Source: a virus (lineage: Duplodnaviria > Caudoviricetes). From it: a DNA stretch of 30,870 nucleotides. The notes beneath the pieces are model-generated. The model saw only the letters and a list, made by a program, of their open reading frames with translations, searched no databases and was not told the origin of the DNA. The stretch lies in the IMG/VR virus record IMGVR_UViG_3300020043_001414, positions 1-30,870 of that record; one strand, 5' to 3'. The stretch's first letter is position 1. Each line of letters begins with the position of its first letter. The translations under genes were made by a program, and so were the position numbers. Below are positions 17,668-25,699 of this stretch, piece by piece.

Positions 17668-19290
17668 TTAATCTGCACTAAATGTTTTCTTCCAAGCAGG
17701 CTTATTGCTTTCATCTCTTGGACGATAATACTTATCTCGTGCCGCAGCCATGCGTTGCTGTGGAGTTCTGTTATCCCACGGTTCAGCAATGTTTTGCAAA
17801 CAAGCCAATAAAGCATAACGAGCACTATCAATAGTGTCATCTGGGTCACTAAATCTGCCTCGTTCATCCACGAAATAGTTGCGTGCATCACTTAAAAACT
17901 GCGTGCAATTTTCATTGACTCGTAGGCTACCAACTTCTAGCATTTGACGCATTTGGTTGATACCATAACTCTTGTGGTTGGTAACGCGACCTTCCTGATC
18001 TGGCGGATTCATAATGGCTTTGTGATACACATTCAACTCGTAACTTTCAAACAACTCACGAATTGAGTTTGAACTCATAGTGTATCTGCCAGGAGTAGAT
18101 GCGTCAGCAGGTAGAACAATAGGAGTGCCAAACACTTCAGGACGAAGTAGATGATTAATATATTGCGAAGGAACAGCCTCCTCAATACCCTGCACACAAA
18201 TTTGTTTATGTAGATACGCAACTCGCTCATACGGTTCCCAATACATTAAGGTAATAACAGTTTGGTCATTGACCAAGCCCAAGTCCAGTGCAATCACACG
18301 CTGAATATTTGGTATGCGAGTAAAATCAATTTCACCAGTGGTGTAGGTAGGCCAATGTGCCAACTGGAACACAGCACCTTTACCCATAACTGGCTTACCA
18401 GCAATACGGGCTTCTCGCTCGTGTGGTAGATAATCTCGTTCTAACTGGCGACGAGTTTCTTTTAACAGAAACGGCTGACCCCAAGGATCATATTCTGGAA
18501 CATCGTCCCACGACACACGAATAAACTCATAACCTTCTTGTTTGTTCCAAAACTTACTGACCAATCCGTTCAAGCCTTTTAGGGGCGTGAATGAACACAG
18601 GACTTTACCTTGTGTGGTAGCAGTTCGTGTAACGATTTCAGAGAAGAAATCATCTGGTGGTTGCTCGTCAAAAACTGCCAAATTAAGTTTAAAACCTTGC
18701 AGTTGTCTTACCTCTTGCGTGTAGTTAGCAAATAGCAAATAACTTTTTGCACCTGAGACATGCTTGATTTCAACGCCAATACAGTTAGCGCCATCATTCC
18801 GCATAGTATCAACAACAATACAATCACGAGGTATCGCTCCAGTTCCCAAATTCTCCGTAATCTTAACATCTTGTGTGCCTAACAATTCATTTTGTAAAAC
18901 AAGAGCAACCTGCGACCAACCTTCGCCAGCAACCATGCAAGTGATAGCCTTGTTAAAACGATGCCCTTCCCACCAATCTGGATATAAACCAGTCAGGTGC
19001 ATTGCAGTTTCATAACATGTAGATACCGTTTTACCAATACGGTTTGCGGCTAGAATACCACGGCGTTCTGCACTTGGATTACTGCCTGTTTTGAAAAAGG
19101 TCAGTTGGTGTTCAAACGGACGAAAGTATTTCAACTGGTTAAACTGCATATCATCAGCAGTTTCAATAACCAAGTCTTGTAATTGATTTTGTAAGTTACT
19201 GGGCCAATTGCGATAAGTTTCTGGTGCTACTGAGTTAATATCTAAACTGTATCGCAATGCCCTTGCCATTAGGGTTTCTACGCCAAGCAC
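17668..19290 (-). CDS. terL: Terminase large subunit
   Basis: Walker A AANRIGKT, Walker B AVFDEQ, coupling motif SFTP, nuclease ALDLG and DDTIDSARYA. GTG start. Confidence 0.95.
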   Translation of the reverse strand: MLGVETLMARALRYSLDINSVAPETYRNWPSNLQNQLQDLVIETADDMQFNQLKYFRPFEHQLTFFKTGSNPSAERRGILAANRIGKTVSTCYETAMHLTGLYPDWWEGHRFNKAITCMVAGEGWSQVALVLQNELLGTQDVKITENLGTGAIPRDCIVVDTMRNDGANCIGVEIKHVSGAKSYLLFANYTQEVRQLQGFKLNLAVFDEQPPDDFFSEIVTRTATTQGKVLCSFTPLKGLNGLVSKFWNKQEGYEFIRVSWDDVPEYDPWGQPFLLKETRRQLERDYLPHEREARIAGKPVMGKGAVFQLAHWPTYTTGEIDFTRIPNIQRVIALDLGLVNDQTVITLMYWEPYERVAYLHKQICVQGIEEAVPSQYINHLLRPEVFGTPIVLPADASTPGRYTMSSNSIRELFESYELNVYHKAIMNPPDQEGRVTNHKSYGINQMRQMLEVGSLRVNENCTQFLSDARNYFVDERGRFSDPDDTIDSARYALLACLQNIAEPWDNRTPQQRMAAARDKYYRPRDESNKPAWKKTFSAD

Positions 19291-19292
19291 TT

Positions 19293-19475
19293 TTATTCCT
19301 GTAGTTCAATTAAGGTTGAGATAAAGTGCTCAAGGTCAGTTGCATCCAACACCAGTGTAAAGTGGCTTACACCAGTATCTTCATCAGTGCGAATCAAACG
19401 CAGAAAGATATCATCACCATGACGAGTTACTTCTGCATCAACACGACTGGTTGCATGTTTGGTCAAATTAATCAT
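19293..19475 (-). CDS. Hypothetical protein, 60 aa (MINLTKHATS...)
   Basis: ATG at 19475 with AAGGA SD, overlapping the upstream stop region. Confidence 0.65.
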   Translation of the reverse strand: MINLTKHATSRVDAEVTRHGDDIFLRLIRTDEDTGVSHFTLVLDATDLEHFISTLIELQE

Positions 19476-19770
19476 GGCTAATATCCTTGTGAATTTCATA
19501 AACTGCATGTAAAGCACAGGCAAGACTTTCAATCTCAGCGGCTGTGGCTGTCCAAGTTTCTGGGTCACTCAGTTGGGCTGGTTTGTTGGTCATGACTGCT
19601 TGCAGGCGTTCAGCAATTAAACGCAGGATGTGCTCGCACTGTCCTGGAAACTTTTGCACAAATGCTTCACGATGTGCATGATTGACCTTTTGTAAAATGA
19701 GCGTATCACGAGTCATACGCTCTTGTTGTGCTTGGTCAATCATCGTGTCACGGATGATTGGATCAGTCAT
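19468..19770 (-). CDS. Hypothetical protein, 100 aa
   Basis: TAATG coupling with the upstream gene. Confidence 0.75.
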   Translation of the reverse strand: MTDPIIRDTMIDQAQQERMTRDTLILQKVNHAHREAFVQKFPGQCEHILRLIAERLQAVMTNKPAQLSDPETWTATAAEIESLACALHAVYEIHKDISHD

Positions 19771-20594
19771 TATTGAGAAATATCCCAGGGATTGTGCGCC
19801 ACTGAATCGTTTAGTGTGATAAATTCACGGTCAATCCAAGTAGCCCATTGGTTGCTTTTATTGACTTTAAATGTTTGCATCATAGCACGCAGGCGTTTGC
19901 CTTGAGGTGTTAAAGTTCCATCTTCACGCTGAATAACTTGTTCGCCACTGCGAGGATCAACCCACTTGATAACTTCTGGTCTAGTGCGACCAAACTTGTC
20001 AATCTTTTCACCATGTGGGCGTTGCTCAAGAGGACCAAGAATTTCATAAGAAATCATGCCGTTGCTGTATTTGCGGAACAACATGCTGACCTTTTTATCT
20101 TGTGCTCGTGCTTCTTCATCTGGATGTGGAATAACGTTGCTTAGGAATACATTTTGCACTTGCTTGCGGTCTGGCAAACTTGCCGCACGAGTTGGAGGTT
20201 CTTTGAGTGATTCAACTGGCACTAATTCTGTGCGGTCAATGTATGGGTTTTCATTACCAATAAATTTAGCATCAACTGGGACACCGTTAAGTGCATCCAT
20301 AGCCACTTGATACTTTAACTTGTTGGCACGACCTTTTAAACTTAGCACAATGCCAGTTTCGTCATATACAAATCGTTCTAGGTCAGTTGCTGTTGGAAAG
20401 TCTGTCATTAGACCTTCTAAATCATATTCACCTGCATTGACTGCGGCAGGTTGCACAGGCGCAGGAATGTCTAGCACTTCTTTGGCTACGGCATCTGATC
20501 GTGTGCGTTTTGTTGGAGTTTTTGCAACTGGTTCTGGTGTTGCGGTGTCGTCCCAAGGATTTTCGTTGGGCGTGTTTGATTTTTGCATGTTCAT
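19770..20594 (-). CDS. Hypothetical protein, 274 aa
   Basis: SD AAAGGA, downstream of CTAAATA at 20648-20654. Confidence 0.8.
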   Translation of the reverse strand: MNMQKSNTPNENPWDDTATPEPVAKTPTKRTRSDAVAKEVLDIPAPVQPAAVNAGEYDLEGLMTDFPTATDLERFVYDETGIVLSLKGRANKLKYQVAMDALNGVPVDAKFIGNENPYIDRTELVPVESLKEPPTRAASLPDRKQVQNVFLSNVIPHPDEEARAQDKKVSMLFRKYSNGMISYEILGPLEQRPHGEKIDKFGRTRPEVIKWVDPRSGEQVIQREDGTLTPQGKRLRAMMQTFKVNKSNQWATWIDREFITLNDSVAHNPWDISQ

Positions 20595-20615
20595 TTCCTT
20601 TATTTTCTATGCATT

Positions 20616-20654
20616 AGCAAGGGGAGTCTGTCCCCTTGCTGTCGTTCTATTTAG
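20616..20654 (-). promoter_or_regulatory. CTAAATA motif followed by a perfect 10-bp hairpin
   Basis: AGCAAGGGGA-5 nt-TCCCCTTGCT at 20616-20640 with no U-run, motif at 20648-20654. Confidence 0.55.
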
Positions 20655-21184
20655 CGTGTGCCGCGAGTGCGTGTAAGACGGTTTGGTTGCACTGTTCTAG
20701 CCTGCTGAACAGGAATACCTGCTCGTGGTGCTGTTCGTGGTTGCTGTCTAACGCCAGGGGCATTAGGTGGAGCAAAACGATTTACTGGTTGTGGTTGTTG
20801 CAACATATCCATGGGATTTTGTTGGATAGGTGCTGGACCAAAACCAATTTGTGGGCCTTGTGGCATAAAGTTGGGTTTAAATATTGAGTCACCGCCACCA
20901 AATATTACATTGCTGTAGTTTTGGTAAGCATCTTGTGGAGTAAGTGATTGTGTTGGGACAGCGCCGCCAGCACTTTTGCCACCACCCATACCTGAACTTG
21001 GTAATGTATCAGGTGCAGGTTGATTGCCTTGGATGCCAACAGGAGCAGGCATACCAAAGCCAATGCCCAAGTTGGGATTGCCCTGTGTGGCTTGTGTTTG
21101 TTGGTAATCTTGCAAGGGCTGACCAAAGCCACCTTTGCCGCCCATGCCCATTGCATCGTTGATGCCTGCTGATACTGCGCTCAT
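20651..21184 (-). CDS. Low-complexity Gln/Pro/Gly-rich protein with an Arg-rich tail
   Basis: 177-aa ORF tightly packed in the operon. Confidence 0.7.
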   Translation of the reverse strand: MSAVSAGINDAMGMGGKGGFGQPLQDYQQTQATQGNPNLGIGFGMPAPVGIQGNQPAPDTLPSSGMGGGKSAGGAVPTQSLTPQDAYQNYSNVIFGGGDSIFKPNFMPQGPQIGFGPAPIQQNPMDMLQQPQPVNRFAPPNAPGVRQQPRTAPRAGIPVQQARTVQPNRLTRTRGTR

Positions 21185-21186
21185 GA

Positions 21187-21471
21187 TTACTTCTTAAACT
21201 TCTTAGGCAACTTGCTTCCGTTAGCAGTTGGGTTAGTCTTGGGACCAGTATTGCTGTGCAAACCTTCTAGGGCTGGATCGTTCTTGGCTGCTGTGCCGCG
21301 ACCACGCATTGCAAGTGCATCAGTAATCATGTTGGCAATAGTAGCACGCTCACTACCAGTGGCAGATTTCTCGTCCATGAATGTGTTGCGCTTTGTAGCA
21401 TTGCCTGCGTTACCAGTTGTTGGTCCGCGTTTTTGGTTAATGGCTTTACCGCCTTGTGGATTAGTGCTCAT
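21187..21471 (-). CDS. Small basic disordered protein, 94 aa
   Basis: TAATG coupling, carries RGPTTGN. Confidence 0.75.
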   Translation of the reverse strand: MSTNPQGGKAINQKRGPTTGNAGNATKRNTFMDEKSATGSERATIANMITDALAMRGRGTAAKNDPALEGLHSNTGPKTNPTANGSKLPKKFKK

Positions 21472-21794
21472 TATGCGTTTCCTTTTGTTGGTCCGCGACC
21501 ATAGTTAAAACTTTCTTTGCCAGTTTTTGGCATTTCTTTTGTGCCGCCTGGAGTGCGAACTTGTGGATTGTGGCAACCCATAGTCATCTCTTTACCAGCA
21601 TGCGTTTTAGGCATGGCACTGGTTCCAGGAGTTTTGTCATTGCTGGTATTGCCAACAGTAGGACCACGACCCTTGTTGATTAGTGCGTCAGAGTTTGTTT
21701 TCTGGTAGTGGTTGCCAGTTAATCTGTCAGCACCGCGACTGAAGCCTTCGCCTGCTCCACCGTAAATGGCTTTGTAGCCGTTAGATTCTTTCAT
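21471..21794 (-). CDS. Small basic disordered protein, 107 aa
   Basis: ATGA coupling, SD AAAGGA, carries RGPTVGN and RGPTKGN. Confidence 0.75.
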   Translation of the reverse strand: MKESNGYKAIYGGAGEGFSRGADRLTGNHYQKTNSDALINKGRGPTVGNTSNDKTPGTSAMPKTHAGKEMTMGCHNPQVRTPGGTKEMPKTGKESFNYGRGPTKGNA

Positions 21795-21958
21795 TTTGAT
21801 TTTCCTTTTTTTGCAGTTTTGGCTGCTTGTTTAAAAGCCTTGGCGGTTGGAGCACCTTTTGCGCCTGCTTTACGCATACGCTCTCCTGAGCCTGCGGCAA
21901 TTCTATCGCGTTTTGCCGCAATATTGGCATACAAGCCAGGTTTCTTCTTTTCCGTCAT
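21791..21958 (-). CDS. Very basic 55-aa protein (MTEKKKPGLYANIAAKRDRIAAGSGERMRKAGAKGAPTAKAFKQAAKTAKKGKSK), below the ORF-track cutoff
   Basis: Translated by hand. Fills the gap exactly, ATG 4 nt after CTAAATA, TGA overlaps the next ATG. Confidence 0.85.
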   Translation of the reverse strand: MTEKKKPGLYANIAAKRDRIAAGSGERMRKAGAKGAPTAKAFKQAAKTAKKGKSK

Positions 21959-21961
21959 GCT

Positions 21962-22318
21962 TTATTTAGCCTCAGGATTAACGCCTACAAGTCGTGCTAG
22001 TGCTTCTGCAAATGCCGCCTGTTTTGCTTCAATAGCATCTTTGCTATCTGTAATTTCGATCTTTGCCATGTTGGTCATAACTTTGTTCAAGATTAAGTTA
22101 TGATACTTTAGGGTGGTTTGAGTATCGTTGTTCATACGGGCTTCTAAAAAGTCCTCAACTAAAATGTCCTCATAATCACGACCACCACTTTTGGCTTCCA
22201 GTGCTTCAAGCAATTGCTTGATGCTGATATTTTCACGGGCACCTTTGGGGCGACCTGCTCCTGGTCTTGCGCCTCCACGACCTCCGTTTGGCTTTGCTTT
22301 TTGTTTGTTCTTTTCCAT
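21962..22318 (-). CDS. Probable terminase small subunit
   Basis: N-terminal GGRGGARPGAGRPKG motif common in TerS, helical body, first gene of the unit leading to TerL. Confidence 0.6.
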   Translation of the reverse strand: MEKNKQKAKPNGGRGGARPGAGRPKGARENISIKQLLEALEAKSGGRDYEDILVEDFLEARMNNDTQTTLKYHNLILNKVMTNMAKIEITDSKDAIEAKQAAFAEALARLVGVNPEAK

Positions 22319-22324
22319 ATATTT

Positions 22325-22356
22325 TATTTAGCAAGCCTGAGCAATTGCGGTAAATA
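22325..22356. promoter_or_regulatory. Divergent late-like promoter pair
   Basis: CTAAATA at 22325-22331 (-) and GTAAATA at 22350-22356 (+) in a 62-bp intergenic gap. Confidence 0.65.
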
Positions 22357-22380
22357 CACTATCATTGAAAGGACTTGCAT

Positions 22381-22869
22381 ATGATAGAATACACTTGGCA
22401 ACTTGCCACAGGACTTGACGTTCCTGATATCGTTAAAATGGCTCAAACTCATTTTCAAAACGAGATTGATACTGTTTTCACTCCTGATCCTGTGGCATAT
22501 AGCCGCAATATCACCTTTGCTGTGGTAAATCAATTCTACCTTCCTGGCAGCGACTTACTCACAGTTGCAAGAGATGCTAGTGGCAAACTCTTGGCATACA
22601 ATTGGGCAAAAAGTAATGATCGTGCCGCATGGAGTGACGACAATATGGTTGTCATTCGCATGGTGCATGTTGATCTACAACTTGCCACTCGTGATCGCTT
22701 ACGAATAATCACTGATATGATGAACCAGTGGGAGCAATTTGCTCGTGCCACTAACAATCCCATCATCTGCTCAACGACCATGCGTAAAGACCAAGATGCC
22801 TTTTTAAAACTGCACTCGCGCAACGGTTATGATGTGCGAGGCAGTTATGCTTACAAACGATTAACTTAA
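22381..22869 (+). CDS. GNAT-fold acyltransferase-like protein, 162 aa
   Basis: WQLAT.LDVPDIV.MA start, LLTVARD..GKLLAY, and C-terminal FLKLHSRNGY in a motif B-like position. SD AAAGGA. Confidence 0.65.
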   Translation: MIEYTWQLATGLDVPDIVKMAQTHFQNEIDTVFTPDPVAYSRNITFAVVNQFYLPGSDLLTVARDASGKLLAYNWAKSNDRAAWSDDNMVVIRMVHVDLQLATRDRLRIITDMMNQWEQFARATNNPIICSTTMRKDQDAFLKLHSRNGYDVRGSYAYKRLT

Positions 22870-23292
22870 AGTTGAACGCAACTGCCAGATTTGTTTAGCA
22901 ATAGCCAATATACGATCTTGTGCGTAGTTGGCTATTTCTTCATGTTCTTCTTCATCTGCCACTTCGTTCAGTTCAATGTAACACTGTTTTAAATGTTCCA
23001 AATCTTCTAAAACCATGCTCAACAATTCCTCAGCATCACCTTCTGCTGGCATGGGTTTAATATGGCTACCATCTACTATGTCAAACATGTCTGCTGGCAT
23101 AAACGCATCCAGGGTGCGTAGCAATTCACCAATCACATCAATTTGTGATTGCAGTGATTCGTAAATGCCGCCCAATAACTCATGGTCACTGGTAAAGTTT
23201 CTGCCTGTGATATTAACATGGCTCACATGACTACGGAAATAAGCCACGAAATTGTCATTAAAGACTTGGGTTAGTTGTTGTATTGTTTTCAT
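22861..23292 (-). CDS. dps: Dps/ferritin-like protein
   Basis: SHVNITGRNFTSDHELLGGIY...IDVIGELLR matches Dps HWNV.G..F..LH...Y...D..AER, with a C-terminal KQIWQLRS. Confidence 0.85.
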   Translation of the reverse strand: MKTIQQLTQVFNDNFVAYFRSHVSHVNITGRNFTSDHELLGGIYESLQSQIDVIGELLRTLDAFMPADMFDIVDGSHIKPMPAEGDAEELLSMVLEDLEHLKQCYIELNEVADEEEHEEIANYAQDRILAIAKQIWQLRSTLS

Positions 23293-23297
23293 AGTGC

Positions 23298-25697
23298 TTA
23301 TTTACCTTTTTTCTTCTTGGCTTGTTTGGCTTGCCATTCCGCATTTATTTTTGCATAATCAATTTCCACGGGCTTGCCCATCTTTTTTTCAACTTCAGCC
23401 TGATGGCGTTTGATCTTGGTGCTTTCTGGCACTGCATCAACACCTTTAAATGTTTCGCGCATCTCTACCATGCTGGGTTTTGGATCAGCCGCAGTCCAAT
23501 CATCACCAATAGGAACTCGTTTGCCAGTTTTTGCATCTGTGGCAAATATATGAGTCTTGGTCATAAACGGAGCAATCTGTTGTGAGTGCATGATCTTATT
23601 ACCTTGTGGGTAAGTGCCCACAGTTGGCACACCTGCCAACACATCAAATGATTGTTGTTCCAAAAAGTCTTGCTTGCTACTAAATGTGTGTGCTGGTTCT
23701 GCACTCATCATTTCCATTGAACCGCCACGCAACTTTTTCATGCGTTCTTGTGCGGCTTTGACAGCGGCGGCTTCTTCTGTGGGATTGATTGGTTGAATAT
23801 TTTTATTGGCTTCTTCCATGGCCTTGATTTGACCACGGATACCACCAGTGCGAGCATCTAAGCCCAAATCATTGGCTTCAGTTTTGATCTGCTTATACAT
23901 CCAATCAGTCATGGCACTCTTGCCTTCGCCAAAGCCCATTTTACTAATGTCTGGTGCAGATTTCCAATCCAACATAACACCTGCGTCAGCCGCAAATTCA
24001 TCAAACACACTGTTATCAACAATGTTTGAGTTTTTGTATCGTCTAATACCAGTGTTGGTAGTTGTTTTAATCATGTCCTTGACAACAGCCGCATCAGTCA
24101 TGGTATCTGATTTTAAACCTTGACGGAACAAGTAATCTGATCGTTCAGCAGGTGACATTCTGGCTAGGCGTTCTGCTTCTGTGCCGCGACCCAAGTTTTC
24201 TGCTGTGCCAGCAAATGTTTCTTTATTCTGAGCACGAGTTTCTTCCAAACCAGCACGATGCTGATTGATCTTGTCAGGGAAACTTGCACGATTTGCAGCC
24301 AAATCAATTGGAGGTGGCGGTGCATCGCCTGCCGTTTCAAATATGCCTGCACCTTTTTTACCACTGCGTGCTTGAATCTGAGCAAGGATTTGTTCAGGTG
24401 TAAGTTTTTGACCCAACACGCTTTCAGTTGCAGGTGCTGTTGCTACTGCTGGAGCAGGAGTTGGTGTAATAGTTTCAGGCGCAACAGGACGAACAGGTTG
24501 TGGTGCAACTTGTTGAGGTCCAGTTGGTTGAACACGGCTTGTATCAATTTCGTAAGGTAAGTTGAAACTTTCACCTTCAATATTCACACGACGACCTGGA
24601 CCGCCCATAGGAATGGTTTGAGGTGTTGGTGTTGGTGAATAACCCAACTGTGGTTGCACAGGAGTAATTCGTTGTGCGGCGGCTTCACGAATAGGTTGTG
24701 GGATATCACTTGGCTTTACTGCGCCAGTTGCAACAAATGGATTACCACCCTGATTTAATATTGTTTGTTGTTCTGGTGATAATGATTTAAAACCTTTGCT
24801 TGCCAAGTATGCATCTGCGGCACCTTGTGCTAAACCTAATGCACCGCGCATACCAGTTAAAACAGGAATACCACCTGTTAAAAACATACTACCAACGTCA
24901 GCGGCGGCAGTATATGGATTGCTGTATGTTTCACCAATTCGCTCACCAAATGCACGCATTGCTTGACCAGCCGCAGGAATTTCACCGCCACTTAACGCAA
25001 GCACAGGAGCAGGTGCTAATTCACTAATAGGGCGAACAGCACCTTGGCTCATTGGCAATCCTGCTTCTAATCTTGCCATTTCAGCGGCTGGAATAAAAGT
25101 GTCGCCTAATGGAATACGGCTACTTGGAACTTGATAACCAGTTGGTGTTTCTCCTGGCTTGGCAATGTAACCTGTGGCTCTACCTGCCGCACCTTTAACA
25201 ACATCAACTGGTGCTTTTGCAACTGCTTTTGCCGCACCTGCAACTTTAGGAACTGCTGGACCTGCGGCAATAGTAGCAGTGTTAAACATGTTAGCAACAT
25301 CAGCCTCTGGTAATCCAGTTGTTTGTGCAATAGGTTGAATCACACTGCCTTGCAAACCTTCGCCAATGGCTGTGCCAAGTTGTCTTAACGGTGCTTGTTC
25401 ATAACCTTGTGTGCCAGTAACACCAAACGCACGACCAAACACATCTTTTGGACTGGTTGTTTCTGCTGTTGCTTGCTCTGGACTACGACCTGCGGCACGA
25501 GCCAAAGCATACGCACCGTAATCTAAGGTGCCTGTTACTGCATTTAAAGCAGAGTCAGCCAGACTAGCACTACTACGCCCAAAGGTTTGTAGTGCTGATT
25601 CTGGTTGCGTCTTTTTAAGATAAGCATCAGGGTCAAAACCAGACTTCTTTTTCTTATCTTCTTTATTCAGATATGCATCTGGATCGAACTCTGCCAT
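23298..25697 (-). CDS. Internal virion / DNA ejection protein, 799 aa
   Basis: Tandem FDPDAYL N-terminal motifs, Ala/Gly-rich amphipathic segments, last gene of the ejection cluster. Confidence 0.7.
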   Translation of the reverse strand: MAEFDPDAYLNKEDKKKKSGFDPDAYLKKTQPESALQTFGRSSASLADSALNAVTGTLDYGAYALARAAGRSPEQATAETTSPKDVFGRAFGVTGTQGYEQAPLRQLGTAIGEGLQGSVIQPIAQTTGLPEADVANMFNTATIAAGPAVPKVAGAAKAVAKAPVDVVKGAAGRATGYIAKPGETPTGYQVPSSRIPLGDTFIPAAEMARLEAGLPMSQGAVRPISELAPAPVLALSGGEIPAAGQAMRAFGERIGETYSNPYTAAADVGSMFLTGGIPVLTGMRGALGLAQGAADAYLASKGFKSLSPEQQTILNQGGNPFVATGAVKPSDIPQPIREAAAQRITPVQPQLGYSPTPTPQTIPMGGPGRRVNIEGESFNLPYEIDTSRVQPTGPQQVAPQPVRPVAPETITPTPAPAVATAPATESVLGQKLTPEQILAQIQARSGKKGAGIFETAGDAPPPPIDLAANRASFPDKINQHRAGLEETRAQNKETFAGTAENLGRGTEAERLARMSPAERSDYLFRQGLKSDTMTDAAVVKDMIKTTTNTGIRRYKNSNIVDNSVFDEFAADAGVMLDWKSAPDISKMGFGEGKSAMTDWMYKQIKTEANDLGLDARTGGIRGQIKAMEEANKNIQPINPTEEAAAVKAAQERMKKLRGGSMEMMSAEPAHTFSSKQDFLEQQSFDVLAGVPTVGTYPQGNKIMHSQQIAPFMTKTHIFATDAKTGKRVPIGDDWTAADPKPSMVEMRETFKGVDAVPESTKIKRHQAEVEKKMGKPVEIDYAKINAEWQAKQAKKKKGK

Positions 25698-25699
25698 GT

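Noticed and set aside
11497-17735. Intragenic motif copies TATAAGTA (11497-11504, -) and ATAAGTA (17729-17735, -)
   Set aside because: They lie inside coding sequence and could be chance or internal promoters, so they are not counted as evidence. I did not do an exhaustive background count
17655-17891. 78-aa - strand ORF overlapping the end of terL
   Set aside because: Alternate-frame overlap with the conserved nuclease motif region and no independent support
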